From assembly GCA_004431415.1 (NCBI GenBank), contig QPMI01000613.1:1-26790 (forward strand): 26,790 nt of DNA, in the 5' to 3' direction. Positions 1 to 9,000 of this stretch are shown piece by piece (position 1 is the first letter of the stretch; each line of letters begins with the position of its first letter). A program made the translations under genes and the position numbers. Under the pieces are notes generated by a model, which did no database searches, was not told where the DNA came from, and saw only the letters and a program-made list of their open reading frames with translations. The DNA is from Cyanophora paradoxa CCMP329. Taxonomy: Eukaryota > Plantae > Glaucophyta.

Positions 1-586
1 GCACATCGAAATGACGAAGAAGAAGGAGCAGAGCGTGAAAAAGGCGCTGGGGATCGACCTGCAGGAGAGCCGCGCGACGAGGCGCAGGTGGACGTGGACG
101 AGAAGAAGCAGGTTCTGCGGCAGATCGCGCAGTACAAGGCCTCGTCGGGGGCGAGAGCTGACGTCCACGAAGAAGCTGAGCCTCGCCACGCCGCTGGACG
201 AGCTGAAGGAAGAGTACGAGGAAATTCAGCGCGAGCTGAGCACGCGGGGTTCGCTGGAGGCGGCGCGCCTCTTTCTGATGCGGGCATGCACTCGCTGGAG
301 CACCTTAACAACAGCGTACGATCCGATCGGCCTGAAGTTAGACGGGCTCGGCAGGCGACGCTCTCTTCCATGGACCAGGTGCAGCCGATCTTAGAGGAGC
401 TGGTGATTAAGTACTCGCGCTACGTGACCTGGGGCCCGAGGCGCGCCTGGGGATGGCCCTGGTGCAGACGGTGCTGGCGGTGCACGCGGCCAACGCGAAC
501 CCGGAGATGATGAAGGAGGTGACGGAGGCGGCGGCCTCGACGGCGGCGGAGCCAGGGCGGTGGGCGGCAAGTTCAACGGCCTCTGA
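1..586 (+). CDS. Conserved NCLDV/PLV-type helical protein (DUF5767-like), 5' end possibly outside window, several apparent frameshifts
   Basis: Joining frames gives ...DEKKQVLRQIAQYK...LSLATPLDELKEEYEEIQRELSTRGSLEAARLFLM.GMHSLEHLNNS.YDPIGLKLDGLG.ATLSSMDQVQPILEELVIKYSRYVTWGPEARLGMALVQTVLAVHAAN...KFNGL* (TGA 584-586). This matches, from memory, the 'DP..LKLDG...EEL..KY...PE.RL' pattern of a conserved large-DNA-virus protein. Confidence 0.6.
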
Positions 587-640
587 TTGTAAACGCTTGT
601 AATCAATTGCACCAGAGAATTTACAATTTATTCGTCTAAA

Positions 641-1420
641 CTACTGCATGGGGGTGGTGTACATAGACTCGGGGTTTAGGTAGGGCTCGAAATCGGCCTC
701 GTTGTCGTAGGGCTTGAAGGCCAGCTCGGGCGTGCGGCCGGCGAAGCGAAAGGCGCCGACCTTGCACTGCTGCACGGCGAGGAAGGACCACTTGAGGCCG
801 AACTTGCCTCGGGGATGGCGTAGGCGGTGTCGATTTAACGAGGGCCGCCACCAGGTCTCCGGTGCCGATGGTGGCGCGCTCGGTGATGAGGTAGTTGGAC
901 ATGTCGACGACTGGGATCGTCTTGCGCTTGCCCGCCATCGTCTGCGTGCGGATGCGCATGTTGAGGTACTTGTAGAAGGCCTGGCCCGACTCCTTGTCGA
1001 CCTTGATGCGCACGCTGGGCGTCTGCAGCACCGAGATCTGATCCTTGGAGAGGGCGCGCCGGGCGAGACCTTGAGCTTGGCCTGGTTCTGCTGCACGAAC
1101 TCGCAGAATTTCGCGTCCAGGGCCTCCAGCAGCTTGAGGAACTCGTCCGCGGCTGGGTTCGTCTGGCCGTCGACGGCGCTGAGATCGGTGAGGTCCAGCG
1201 TGTAAAATCCGCCGTTTTCTTCCATGACGAAGGCCTTCTTCTCGTCGCTCCACGCCTTGCCTTGCTCGGTGTTGATGCACGGGTTGATCGTGACCATGGG
1301 CGGCGCGTACATCATGAGGCCCTGCAGGCCGTCGTACTTGGCCTTGATGCGGCCGTTGGCATCGATTTCGAAGGCGAGCTTGGCGGGGTCGATCTCGGTG
1401 GCGTTGCGGACGGTGGCCAT
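641..1420 (-). CDS. Single-stranded DNA-binding protein, T7 gp2.5/NCLDV SSB-like OB fold (about three -1 homopolymer frameshifts)
   Basis: Reconstructed protein has the 'FLKLLEALDAKFCEFV' helix, then ...IPVVD...IGTGDLVAALVK(I)DTAYAI...KFGLKWSFLAVQ, the typical gp2.5-like C-terminal strands, and an acidic tail (YDNEADFEPY). Frame switches at ~1066 and ~810-835. Confidence 0.65.
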   Translation of the reverse strand: MATVRNATEIDPAKLAFEIDANGRIKAKYDGLQGLMMYAPPMVTINPCINTEQGKAWSDEKKAFVMEENGGFYTLDLTDLSAVDGQTNPAADEFLKLLEALDAKFCEFVQQNQAKLKVSPGAPSPRIRSRCCRRPACASRSTRSRARPSTSTSTCASARRRWRASARRSQSSTCPTTSSPSAPPSAPETWWRPSLNRHRLRHPRGKFGLKWSFLAVQQCKVGAFRFAGRTPELAFKPYDNEADFEPYLNPESMYTTPMQ

Positions 1421-1534
1421 GTTGTCTGAGCTTAGTGTGCGATCAGCCTAGCGCTAGAAAATATTTAAGGCCGCCCCACCTGACTTCAGGCTGACCTCGG
1501 GTGAGCGCTCAGGTGATTCAGGTAAAACACGTGT

Positions 1535-1825
1535 TCAATTCGTCTCACTGGGGAGGGGGAGAGCCTCAATCACGGCTACGCGAATATTCGAGAGTCTAAA
1601 TCTGGCGCTGGGGCTGGCGACGGCGTACAGGGTGATCTCGTTCTTGGCGGGATTGAGCATGATGTGCTGGAAGCAGTCGCCCTTGCGGCACTCCAGCGAG
1701 ATGTTGCGCAGCAGCCTGCAGTAGTTGAAGCAGATCTCGCCGTTCTCGTCGAGATCCTCGTCCATGGCCTCGTACTCGAAGATGCCGAAGGTCAGGCAGC
1801 AGGTCTCGTACTTGGGGGCGCACAT
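1535..1825 (-). CDS. Hypothetical 96-aa protein, Cys-rich
   Basis: Intact ATG-to-stop ORF with protein-like composition, co-oriented with the SSB gene. Confidence 0.6.
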   Translation of the reverse strand: MCAPKYETCCLTFGIFEYEAMDEDLDENGEICFNYCRLLRNISLECRKGDCFQHIMLNPAKNEITLYAVASPSARFRLSNIRVAVIEALPLPSETN

Positions 1826-1899
1826 TCTTGATTTTCTTGGCTGTGAAGTGTGAGCGAGGGCGCGGCGCGGCTGCGGTTTTGAGGCCGTTCAGGTGAGGG

Positions 1900-1919
1900 T
1901 CAGGTGAGCGCTCACCTGA
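1900..1919. repeat. Perfect 20-bp palindrome TCAGGTGAGCGCTCACCTGA
   Basis: Read directly; related TCAGGTGA half-sites at ~1889 and ~1477-1525. Confidence 0.9.
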
Positions 1920-1930
1920 AGAGGGGGGGG

Positions 1931-2022
1931 GAAGTGACGCGGACGCGAATACGTCATAGTCGAATACGTCATAGTCCAAAACCTGGACTCGGGACTCGGC
2001 CCAGGCCCCGCCGGTAAAAAAA
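1931..2022 (+). repeat. Repeat copy A (contains 2x AATACGTCATAGTC + CAAAACCTGGACTCGGGACTCGGCCC)
   Basis: Core shared with 2802-2908 (direct) and with 3142-3229 and 3289-3366 (inverted). Confidence 0.95.
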
Positions 2023-2078
2023 TAAGCTCGGACTTGGCGCCATTTTCTGAACCCCGGCTAGCTGCTTAATCCAGTACC

Positions 2079-2480
2079 ATGGAGCCCGCCATCTCCCAGC
2101 TAGTCTCCCAGGGCGCCAAGCTCGACAAGGCCCTCAGTATCTACCTTCAGCTGATCGAGCTGGCCTGGCCGGAGCCAATGATAGCTCAGGCCTGCAAATC
2201 GCTCCACGTGGCGTTCGATGCGCCGTTCTCAGGTGACCCGACTCAGATGACATCCTGGACCAAGGAGGAGATAAAAGCCGACTTCGAGGCGCTTTTCTCA
2301 TTTATGAGCAAGAAGTATGCCGAAATCGAAGCAGCTAAAGCCGCAGCCGCAGCCGAAGACGAAGGCGCAGAAGGCACCGAAGCCTCAGCCGAAGGCCCTG
2401 CCGGCGACGAAGGCACCGAAGTTCAAGGCGCTGGGCCCTCTGCAGAAGGCCAAGGCCAAGGCCGACCTGCTTCCGCGTAG
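2079..2480 (+). CDS. Hypothetical 133-aa protein with helical N-terminus and acidic tail
   Basis: Intact ORF; ATTTTCTG motif at 2042-2049 upstream. Confidence 0.65.
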   Translation: MEPAISQLVSQGAKLDKALSIYLQLIELAWPEPMIAQACKSLHVAFDAPFSGDPTQMTSWTKEEIKADFEALFSFMSKKYAEIEAAKAAAAAEDEGAEGTEASAEGPAGDEGTEVQGAGPSAEGQGQGRPASA

Positions 2481-2619
2481 GCCCAAGGACATAGCCAAGG
2501 AGGCCAGCAGCCACAGGCCCGACTGGCCGGCGCCGGCGCCCTACCGCTACCTCAAGCTGGACAAGCGCAACGATACCGGCTTCACCAGGAGGAGGTGGCC
2601 TGAGCCCTTCGGTGGCTGA
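2317..2619 (+). CDS. Lys/Pro/Ala-rich basic protein (putative DNA-condensing protein), overlapping the previous ORF in another frame
   Basis: 14 Lys and no acidic residue in the first 48 aa; CTTTTCTC motif at 2292-2299 just upstream of its ATG. Confidence 0.5.
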   Translation: MPKSKQLKPQPQPKTKAQKAPKPQPKALPATKAPKFKALGPLQKAKAKADLLPRRPKDIAKEASSHRPDWPAPAPYRYLKLDKRNDTGFTRRRWPEPFGG

Positions 2620-2801
2620 AGCCAAGGGAGATCAAGTCTGGAGGCGGTATCGAGCTAGCGCTAGCGCTAGGAGGAGGCGGTGCAGACTTAGAGGAGCAGG
2701 CGCTGCTAGATACCATCAACTTGGGCAGGGTAGAGCTGAGCTAGCTAGCTGGTATCGATATCTAGCTAGCCTAGCGCTAGCCCAGTGCTTAATTAATTAA
2801 C

Positions 2802-2908
2802 TGAAAGGTTGCGGAGGTTGCGGACGCGTCACAAATACGTCATAGTCGAATACGTCATAGTCCAAAACCTGGACTCGGGACTCGGCCCGGGCCCTGCCGG
2901 TAAAAAAA
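2802..2908 (+). repeat. Repeat copy B (core + TGAAAGGTTGCGGAGGTTGCGGACGCGTCACA extension)
   Basis: Direct repeat of the copy A core; near-exact reverse complement of 3142-3229. Confidence 0.95.
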
Positions 2909-3141
2909 AGAGACTTGAACAAAAACACCGTACCCCGGTATTTAACTTGAAATCATCATGACATCATGTTCAAGTTGCTATGACATTAACTACATTCAAA
3001 AGCAATGAATGCAATAGTGTAGTCAAGCGATCGCGAAAGGATAGCGATAGGATCGGGATAGGATAGGTGACACGATAACGATAAGATAAGCTTGCAGATA
3101 ACAGGGGTACAGTATTATTATTTGAAACTTGGCGAGAGTCT

Positions 3142-3229
3142 GGGCCCAGGTCCCAAGTCCAGGTTTTGGACTATGACGTATTCGACTATGACGTATTTGT
3201 GACGCGTCCGCAACCTCCGCAACCTTTCA
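3142..3229 (-). repeat. Repeat copy B' (inverted)
   Basis: Reverse complement of copy B, including the B-specific extension. Confidence 0.95.
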
Positions 3230-3230
3230 A

Positions 3231-3270
3231 TTGGACATTTGGACATTTGGACATTTGGACATTTGGACAT
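3231..3270 (+). repeat. (TTGGACAT)x5 perfect tandem repeat
   Basis: Read directly; lies between B' and A'. Confidence 0.95.
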
Positions 3271-3288
3271 AACATGTACCCCTCCCCA

Positions 3289-3366
3289 GGGCCCGGGCCG
3301 AGTCCCGAGTCCAGGTTTTGGACTATGACGTATTCGACTATGACGTATTCGCGTCCGCGTCACTTC
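3289..3366 (-). repeat. Repeat copy A' (inverted)
   Basis: Reverse complement of copy A, including the A-specific GAAGTGACGCGGACGCG extension. Confidence 0.95.
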
Positions 3367-3429
3367 TCCCCCCATCCTACGTTCGCAGCCGCCGGGCACC
3401 TCCACAATTTTCCGAGGTACCCAGCAAGC

Positions 3430-3720
3430 ATGGACTTTACTGACTGCGCAGGTATCAAGCAGGAGCCCGAGGACCTTCTCTCCGCCGCGCCGCCGCCTCC
3501 GCCCCCAAGCAGCGCCGCCGCCGCGGGCCCAAGTCCTTAGCTCCGAGCCCGAGATCCTGGCGACGCCGGCCCGCGAGCCAGAGACCGTGGACTTGACCTG
3601 GAGGAGCCCGCGCGCGGCCCGCCGCGCCTTCTGATCCTGGCCGCCGCGGCCGCCGCGCTCTACTACGCCGCCCGGCGCCTGGGCCCGCAGCTCTCGGGCC
3701 TGGCCCGGAACCTTTTCTAA
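3430..3720 (+). CDS. Small protein with C-terminal transmembrane helix (disrupted reading frame near 3530-3600)
   Basis: MDFTDCAGIKQEPEDLL... then ...PRLLILAAAAAALYYAARRLGPQLSGLARNLF* (TAA 3718-3720). An in-frame TAG at 3538 or compensating frameshifts interrupt it. Upstream ATTTTCCG. Confidence 0.5.
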
Positions 3721-3730
3721 GTCTTGCCCA

Positions 3731-4104
3731 ATGGAGGCCCTGCTAGATCTCATGGCCTTTGCGCTGCCGATCTTCTTCCTGGTGGGCCTCAGCCGCATGG
3801 AGCGCGAGGCGCGCCAGCCCGAGCGCGTCGAGCGCGGCCTCACCCCGAAGAGCAGCGCGGCCTCACCGAGTGGGACCTGGCGCTCATGGCCGGCCGCATG
3901 CTCAACGGCGATCGGCTCGAGGCGGGCCACCGCCTCAAGCTAGAGGACGGCGGCACGGCCGTCTGGACGGGCGAGGCCTGGACGCACGACTCGACGGGCG
4001 AGCCGATGAAGCTGCTCGCCTCCGGCAACAAGTACTGGCGCGGCGACTCGATGGAGTACGGCGCCCGTGATTTTCTAGCCCTTCTACCAGCAAAGAATGG
4101 CTGA
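3731..4104 (+). CDS. Small protein with N-terminal membrane anchor (one frameshift at a C-run ~3845)
   Basis: MEALLDLMAFALPIFFLVGLS... joined to EEQRGLTEWDLALMAGRMLNGDRLEAG...WRGDSMEYGARDFLALLPAKNG*; upstream CTTTTCTA. Confidence 0.6.
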
Positions 4105-4381
4105 CCCCTCGCCCGACCCGGCCGCAGGCGTCGAGAGCGCTGGCAGCTCGGACGAGTACTCGGAGCTCTCGGATCCGGATCCCGACGAGCCCTCCGACGC
4201 CTTCGCGACCGAGAACGAGCGCTCCCTCATGCGCATCTACGAGTCCCTGCGCGAAGCTATCTACTGGGAGGACCCGCGCCTAGGGACCCTCATGAACTTC
4301 TCCAAGTTTGCCGAGTTCATGTTCGCTATGACCGTGCCCTTTACCCGAGTCGTGCTCTGGGATAGGAACAGGAACTGGTAG
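4097..4381 (+). CDS. Hypothetical 94-aa acidic protein resembling a small conserved algal-virus protein
   Basis: Intact ORF. The 'ENERSLMRIYESLRE...LGTLMNFSKFAEFMF' pattern recalls small phycodnavirus proteins (from memory, unverified). Upstream ATTTTCTA 4070-4077. Confidence 0.6.
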   Translation: MADPSPDPAAGVESAGSSDEYSELSDPDPDEPSDAFATENERSLMRIYESLREAIYWEDPRLGTLMNFSKFAEFMFAMTVPFTRVVLWDRNRNW

Positions 4382-4397
4382 TATTGAGTACAGAGCC

Positions 4398-4802
4398 CTA
4401 CGAGCTAGAGCTGCTATCGCCCGAGTCCAGGCGCGCCTTCTTGGCCTTGGAGCGGCGGAGGCGGGAGACGTACTGCAGGCGCAGGTTGCGCACGAGCAGC
4501 TCGCCGGCCGTGGTGCCCGGCAGCCCGGGAACCGCGTCCGTGGGCAGCAGCTGGCCCTCGCGTATCGCCTTGTACGTCTTGCGCTTGTTGAATGCAACCT
4601 TCTCCGTATCTTCCGTGCCGTCGTACTCGGACGTGGGAAGGAACTGCGAGGCGGTCTTGGGGACTTCTAGAACCAGCGCGCGCTTGGCCTTCTTGACGGA
4701 GACTGCGTTCGCGCGCTCCAGCTTGACGCCGGGCTCCAGGGGGGTAGCGGCGACTTCGTTCTCAGCGAAGGAGACACGGGGGGAAGAGCCGCCGCGGGGC
4801 AT
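4398..4802 (-). CDS. Hypothetical 134-aa basic protein with NLS-like tail (RRSKAKKAR)
   Basis: Intact ORF; upstream ATTTTCTAAACGCTAG on the - strand (4827-4834). Confidence 0.65.
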   Translation of the reverse strand: MPRGGSSPRVSFAENEVAATPLEPGVKLERANAVSVKKAKRALVLEVPKTASQFLPTSEYDGTEDTEKVAFNKRKTYKAIREGQLLPTDAVPGLPGTTAGELLVRNLRLQYVSRLRRSKAKKARLDSGDSSSSS

Positions 4803-4818
4803 GGTTCGCTCGCTTTAC

Positions 4819-5145
4819 CTAGCGTTTAGAAAATAGCGCGCGAGCCTCGAGCACCAGGAGACCCGCCACAACCGCTGCGGCGATGACCACGGCAACCTTG
4901 AGCCAGTGCCAGAAGCGCTCGGCCACGTCCGTGAGCGCGCGGCCCGCCTTGCCCGGTGCGGTGAGTGCGGAGCCCAGCGCGCCCGCCGCAATGTCCGCCC
5001 ACGCGCCTCCGTCGCCGCGCAGCACGTTCTCGCGGTTCTTCATCTCGACTGTGGCGCCGATCGCGGCGTTGAGCTCACCGAACTGCAGCCGCGGCGCGCC
5101 CTTGGGCCCAAAGGTCTTGGTGAGCAGCGCGTCGAGCCAGCTCAT
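4819..5145 (-). CDS. Small membrane protein (C-terminal TM helix)
   Basis: Intact ORF ending WLKVAVVIAAAVVAGLLVLEARALFSKR; upstream ATTTTCGA. Confidence 0.65.
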   Translation of the reverse strand: MSWLDALLTKTFGPKGAPRLQFGELNAAIGATVEMKNRENVLRGDGGAWADIAAGALGSALTAPGKAGRALTDVAERFWHWLKVAVVIAAAVVAGLLVLEARALFSKR

Positions 5146-5174
5146 CTCTACTAGCTAGCGCTTCGAAAATCTAT

Positions 5175-5671
5175 CTAAATCGCGAAGCCGCGCAGGTACC
5201 AGACCATGAGGAGCGAGCCGCCGAGCGCCACGAGCAACGGCAGGTGCCCGTCGACCGCGCGCCGCGCCTCCCAGGCCCAGATCTCCTGGCGGCTCAGCTC
5301 GTTCGCGCCGTCGAAGTAAGCGCTGACGCCGTACTCGCGCGCGGGCGCAGGCTGCGACCAGAGGCCGGCGCTCAGGCGCGGCGCCCCCTCCCTCTGCTGC
5401 TGCGAGGCCAGCGCCGCCGTCGCCGCGTGCGCCGCCTCGCGCTGGCCCGGGGCGATCGCCACGAGGGGCAGGGGCCCGACGCCGCGGCCCTTGCCCGCAG
5501 CCTTAATCGACTTTAGCGCCGGCGGCGCCGGGTCCGCGCCCCTTATCTTAGGCCCTCCGCCCCGCCGCCGGCCTTCGCCCCGCCCCCGCCCTTGGCAGCC
5601 TCGCCGATCTTGCTGCAGCGCGAGTCCGATTTGAACACCGTACACAACAGCTTCTCTACGGCGTTGGGCAT
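5175..5671 (-). CDS. Small membrane protein (C-terminal TM helix; frameshift in a G-rich run ~5570-5590)
   Basis: MPNAVEKLLCTVFKSDSRCSKIGEAAKGGG... joined to ...EIWAWEARRAVDGHLPLLVALGGSLLMVWYLRGFAI*; upstream ATTTTCTT. Confidence 0.55.
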
Positions 5672-5778
5672 GTTTAGACGTGTACAGACGATGAAGAAAA
5701 TTTAAATGCCAACGGACTCAAAAGGACGTCGCAACTTTGAAAAGGGAAAGGGGGGAATGGAACTTTGAAAAGGGAGAG

Positions 5779-5970
5779 TTAACGCCCGGCGGGGCGCATG
5801 CCGGCCGTCGCCATCGAGACGGAGCCGGGGGCGTAGAGGGTCTTGGCGGCGTAGCCGAAGCCCACGCCGATGACGGCCGAGGCCGTGGGCGTGCCGCCGA
5901 GGAGCCAGGTGAGGGTCGCGGCGAGGGCTCCTAGCGAGTAATGCGGGGGATAGCTGTCAGCGAGGGCCAT
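5779..5970 (-). CDS. 63-aa hydrophobic membrane protein (two short TM segments)
   Basis: LGALAATLTWLLGG...AVIGVGFGYAAK; upstream TTTTTCTC. Confidence 0.55.
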   Translation of the reverse strand: MALADSYPPHYSLGALAATLTWLLGGTPTASAVIGVGFGYAAKTLYAPGSVSMATAGMRPAGR

Positions 5971-6018
5971 CGCGAGACCGAATTGGAAGGGGTTGAGAAA
6001 AAATACCGCCTCGAGGCC

Positions 6019-9000
6019 TCAGTGGTGGAGGTGCCGGAAGCGCGCGTTGTCCTCGGCCTCCTCGCGCTCCGCCTGCTCCTCCGCCGCGTCGATCTCCGCC
6101 CGCGAGGCCTCCAGCGTCGCCCGCCGCGCGTAGGACTGCGGGACGGCCACGCGCCGGTAGGGCTGGGCGAGGGTCTTCGCCAGCCCCGCCGTCTCCGCCT
6201 CGAACGCCCGCCAAGTCTCCGAGGCCTCCGCACCGGAGATCTGGCGGGCGCGGAATCCCGCCTCCAGCTCGGCGCGGAAGGCGAGGGTGCGCTGGAGGCG
6301 CTGGGCCCAGAGGGCCTGGCGCCGCTCCTCCGCCTCGCGCGCCTGGCGCGCCGCCAGCGCCTGCCGCTCGGCCTCCTGCTGGGCCCCGAAGCCCTGGATC
6401 GCGGAGAGGACGGCGCCGGGGCCGGGGACGGGCGCGGCGAAGGCGGCGGGGACGGGGCTGCGGTCGGCGAGGGAGAAGGGGACGGGGCTGGGGCCGGCGC
6501 TGCTGGAGGGGCGGCCGAGGCCGAGCGCGCGCGCGAGCCCGAGGCCGAGCGCGAGCCCGAGCTGCCGTAGCCGCTGGGGCCGGCGCCGCCGTCCACGGGG
6601 CTGCTGCGGAAGCTGCCCGCGGGGGAGGCGCCCTCGCCCTGGCCCGAGGGTCAGGAGGGGGGCGGGGGAAAGGGGGGTACGGGGAGGGCGCGGGTGCGGG
6701 GCCGGACCTGGCGCGGCAGCATCTCGTCGATGCGCTGCTGGCCGGCGTGCTGCTGGCCGGCGGGCTGCTGGGCGGGCGCGGCGGGGGCGAACGACGGGGG
6801 CGGGGGCGGGACGAAGCCGGGGGCCGAGTTGCGGGCGCGCTTGCCCTTGCCCCTGGTCGAGGCCTTGACGGGGAAGGGGCCGATCTCCGGGTCCGCCGGC
6901 AGGGTGAAGCGGATGGCCTGCAGGGCCGGCTGGCTCGCGCCAAGGGAGAGCGGGGCCTTGGGGACGATGCCGCGGATGTAGGTCTCCCAGACGCCGCCGG
7001 CCTTGTAGGAGAAGAGGCCGCACTTGGGGCCGAAGGCGGCGATGGTCTCGTCCAGCGCGCCGTTCTCGATGTTGGCGGCGAGGGCGGCGGAGGCGTCCGG
7101 GCCCTCGGTGCGCGAGACGTACTCGCAGATGCCCGCCACGCTCGTCATGCCGCCCTCCGTCTCCGAGCCGACGAGGTAGGTGGTGGGGTCGACGACGCAG
7201 TGGGTGATGATGAAGCGGGTGAGGGGGCAGGCGGCCGTCTCCTGCCAGAAGGCGAGGCGCTTCTCCCGCACCCACGCCGGCTCGAAGGCCTGGACGCACG
7301 TCGCCTCGCCGTCGGAGAGCGCGTGGATGATCTTCCAGGCGTAGGTGTAGGCCACCACGTTCAGCGCCGGCAGCTCGTTCTCGCGGATGTCGGCCTGGAG
7401 GTGGGTGCGCTTCTTGAGCGGCTTGTGGTCGAGCGGGATGAGGACGATGCGCGAGAAGAACTCCAGCATGCGGTTCTCCAGCTGCGCGTGGGAGGGGTGA
7501 GAAAGGAAAGGAAAGGAAAAGGAAAGGAGGGGGGCGAACCTGGGGGAAGCCGTTGCAGACGATCACAAGCGACTTGCGCAGGGGCTTGCAGCGCCGGTCG
7601 TTGCCCTTCGCGAACTTGAAGTTGCGAGCGTAGGCGTCGCCCGAGCGCATCTTGAGCTCCTCCTCCGTGCAGGCCTTCAGGTCGAGGCCCTCCGCCATGA
7701 TCATGCAGAGCGCCTCCTCACCGCCGTGCTCCGAGAAGGCCGAGCCCCTGGAGGGGCGGTAGACGCAGATTTGACCCGGCGCATAGCACTCGTTCATGAT
7801 CCCCGTCACCGTCGACTTGCCTGCGCGCGCGGCCGCGGCGTCAGAGAGAAAGGGAAAAGGAAAGGAAAGGAAGGGGGCGCACCGGTGCCAGACTGGCCCT
7901 TGATGACGCCGCAGTACTGCAGCTGGGCGCCCTCCGCCGGCGCCTCGAACTCCGCGCGCGGCGCACGGTCGAAGACGGGCTTGTCGCAGAAGTGCCACGG
8001 CCCGACGGTGTTGAAGGCGTAGAGGACGGCCGCCGCGTATCCGATCTCGTCCGGCGTCACGTAGCCGTTGTCCGCCAGGTGCTGAGCGCACTTGGGCATG
8101 TGGTCGATGAGCATGGAGAGGACGCGCGGGAAGTCGACGTTCGCCGCCGCCTCCTCGATGCCGTCCGGCAGGCGGCCCTGGATGTAGCAGGTGTTCATGT
8201 AGCCCTTGTACCGCTTCTCCGCCACCTCGTGCGTCATGATGAGGACGCAGGCGTCGCCGTTCTTGTCCTGTGGCGTCCGCACGACGAAATCTGCGCAAAG
8301 GAGGGCGTCAGGGGGGTACCGGGAGGGGGGGGGTACGGGGCGCACGGGAGTCGCAGGCGAAGGGGTGGCCCGGGATGACGGGCATCTCGGGGCAGACGTC
8401 GTGGAGCAAGAGAGACTTCTCCACGAATCGGCGGATCTCCCCCGTGAGCACCTCCTTGGAGAAGGTGAACTCGAAGAGCTCGGGCTTGTCGCCGTACGCA
8501 GCGTGAAAGGCCATCGCCAGCTTCGAGATCACCTCGTCCATCGTGCCGTTGCCCTCGAACTGCGTCGCGGTGACCTTCTCGTAGACGAAGCAGCCCGGCA
8601 GCTTCTGCATGAAGACGGGGTCCTCCCCGGGGGCCATCGGCCGCCGGCGCGCGATTCCCTGCGGGGCGCGGGCAAAAAGGGCGTTAGCGGGGCTCGATCG
8701 AGGGGAGGGGGGCGCACCGGCCGGAGGCGGCCAGCGCCTTAAGCAGCTGGGCCACGGCCGCCTCCGGCTTCTAAGGGGGGTGGGCGCGCAGGCAAAGGGG
8801 CGCACCGACGCAGAAATCCAGGCGCGCAGCGAGTCCTGGATGGCAGCCTTCTTGCGCGCCATGTTGTCGTCCTTGTGCGTCGTCACTCGTTCGTACCGGC
8901 GCGTGTTGATCACCGGCGCCGGGATGACCGTCGCCGCCAGCTCCGCCCGCGCCACCTCCAGCTTGTTCGCGCGCGGCGGCTCGTCGTCGCTTGCCGTCTC

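Noticed and set aside
1596-3540. ORFs starting 'MDYDVFDYDVF' (1596-1979 -, 3166-3540 +)
   Set aside because: They are translations of the DNA repeat starting at non-ATG codons, with no independent coding evidence
6019-8298. 759-aa ORF taken at face value, and the many long Arg/Pro/Gly-rich ORFs across 5.9-14.6 kb and 24.4-26.7 kb
   Set aside because: Only short stretches are real exons; the rest are off-frame or antisense shadows typical of very high GC
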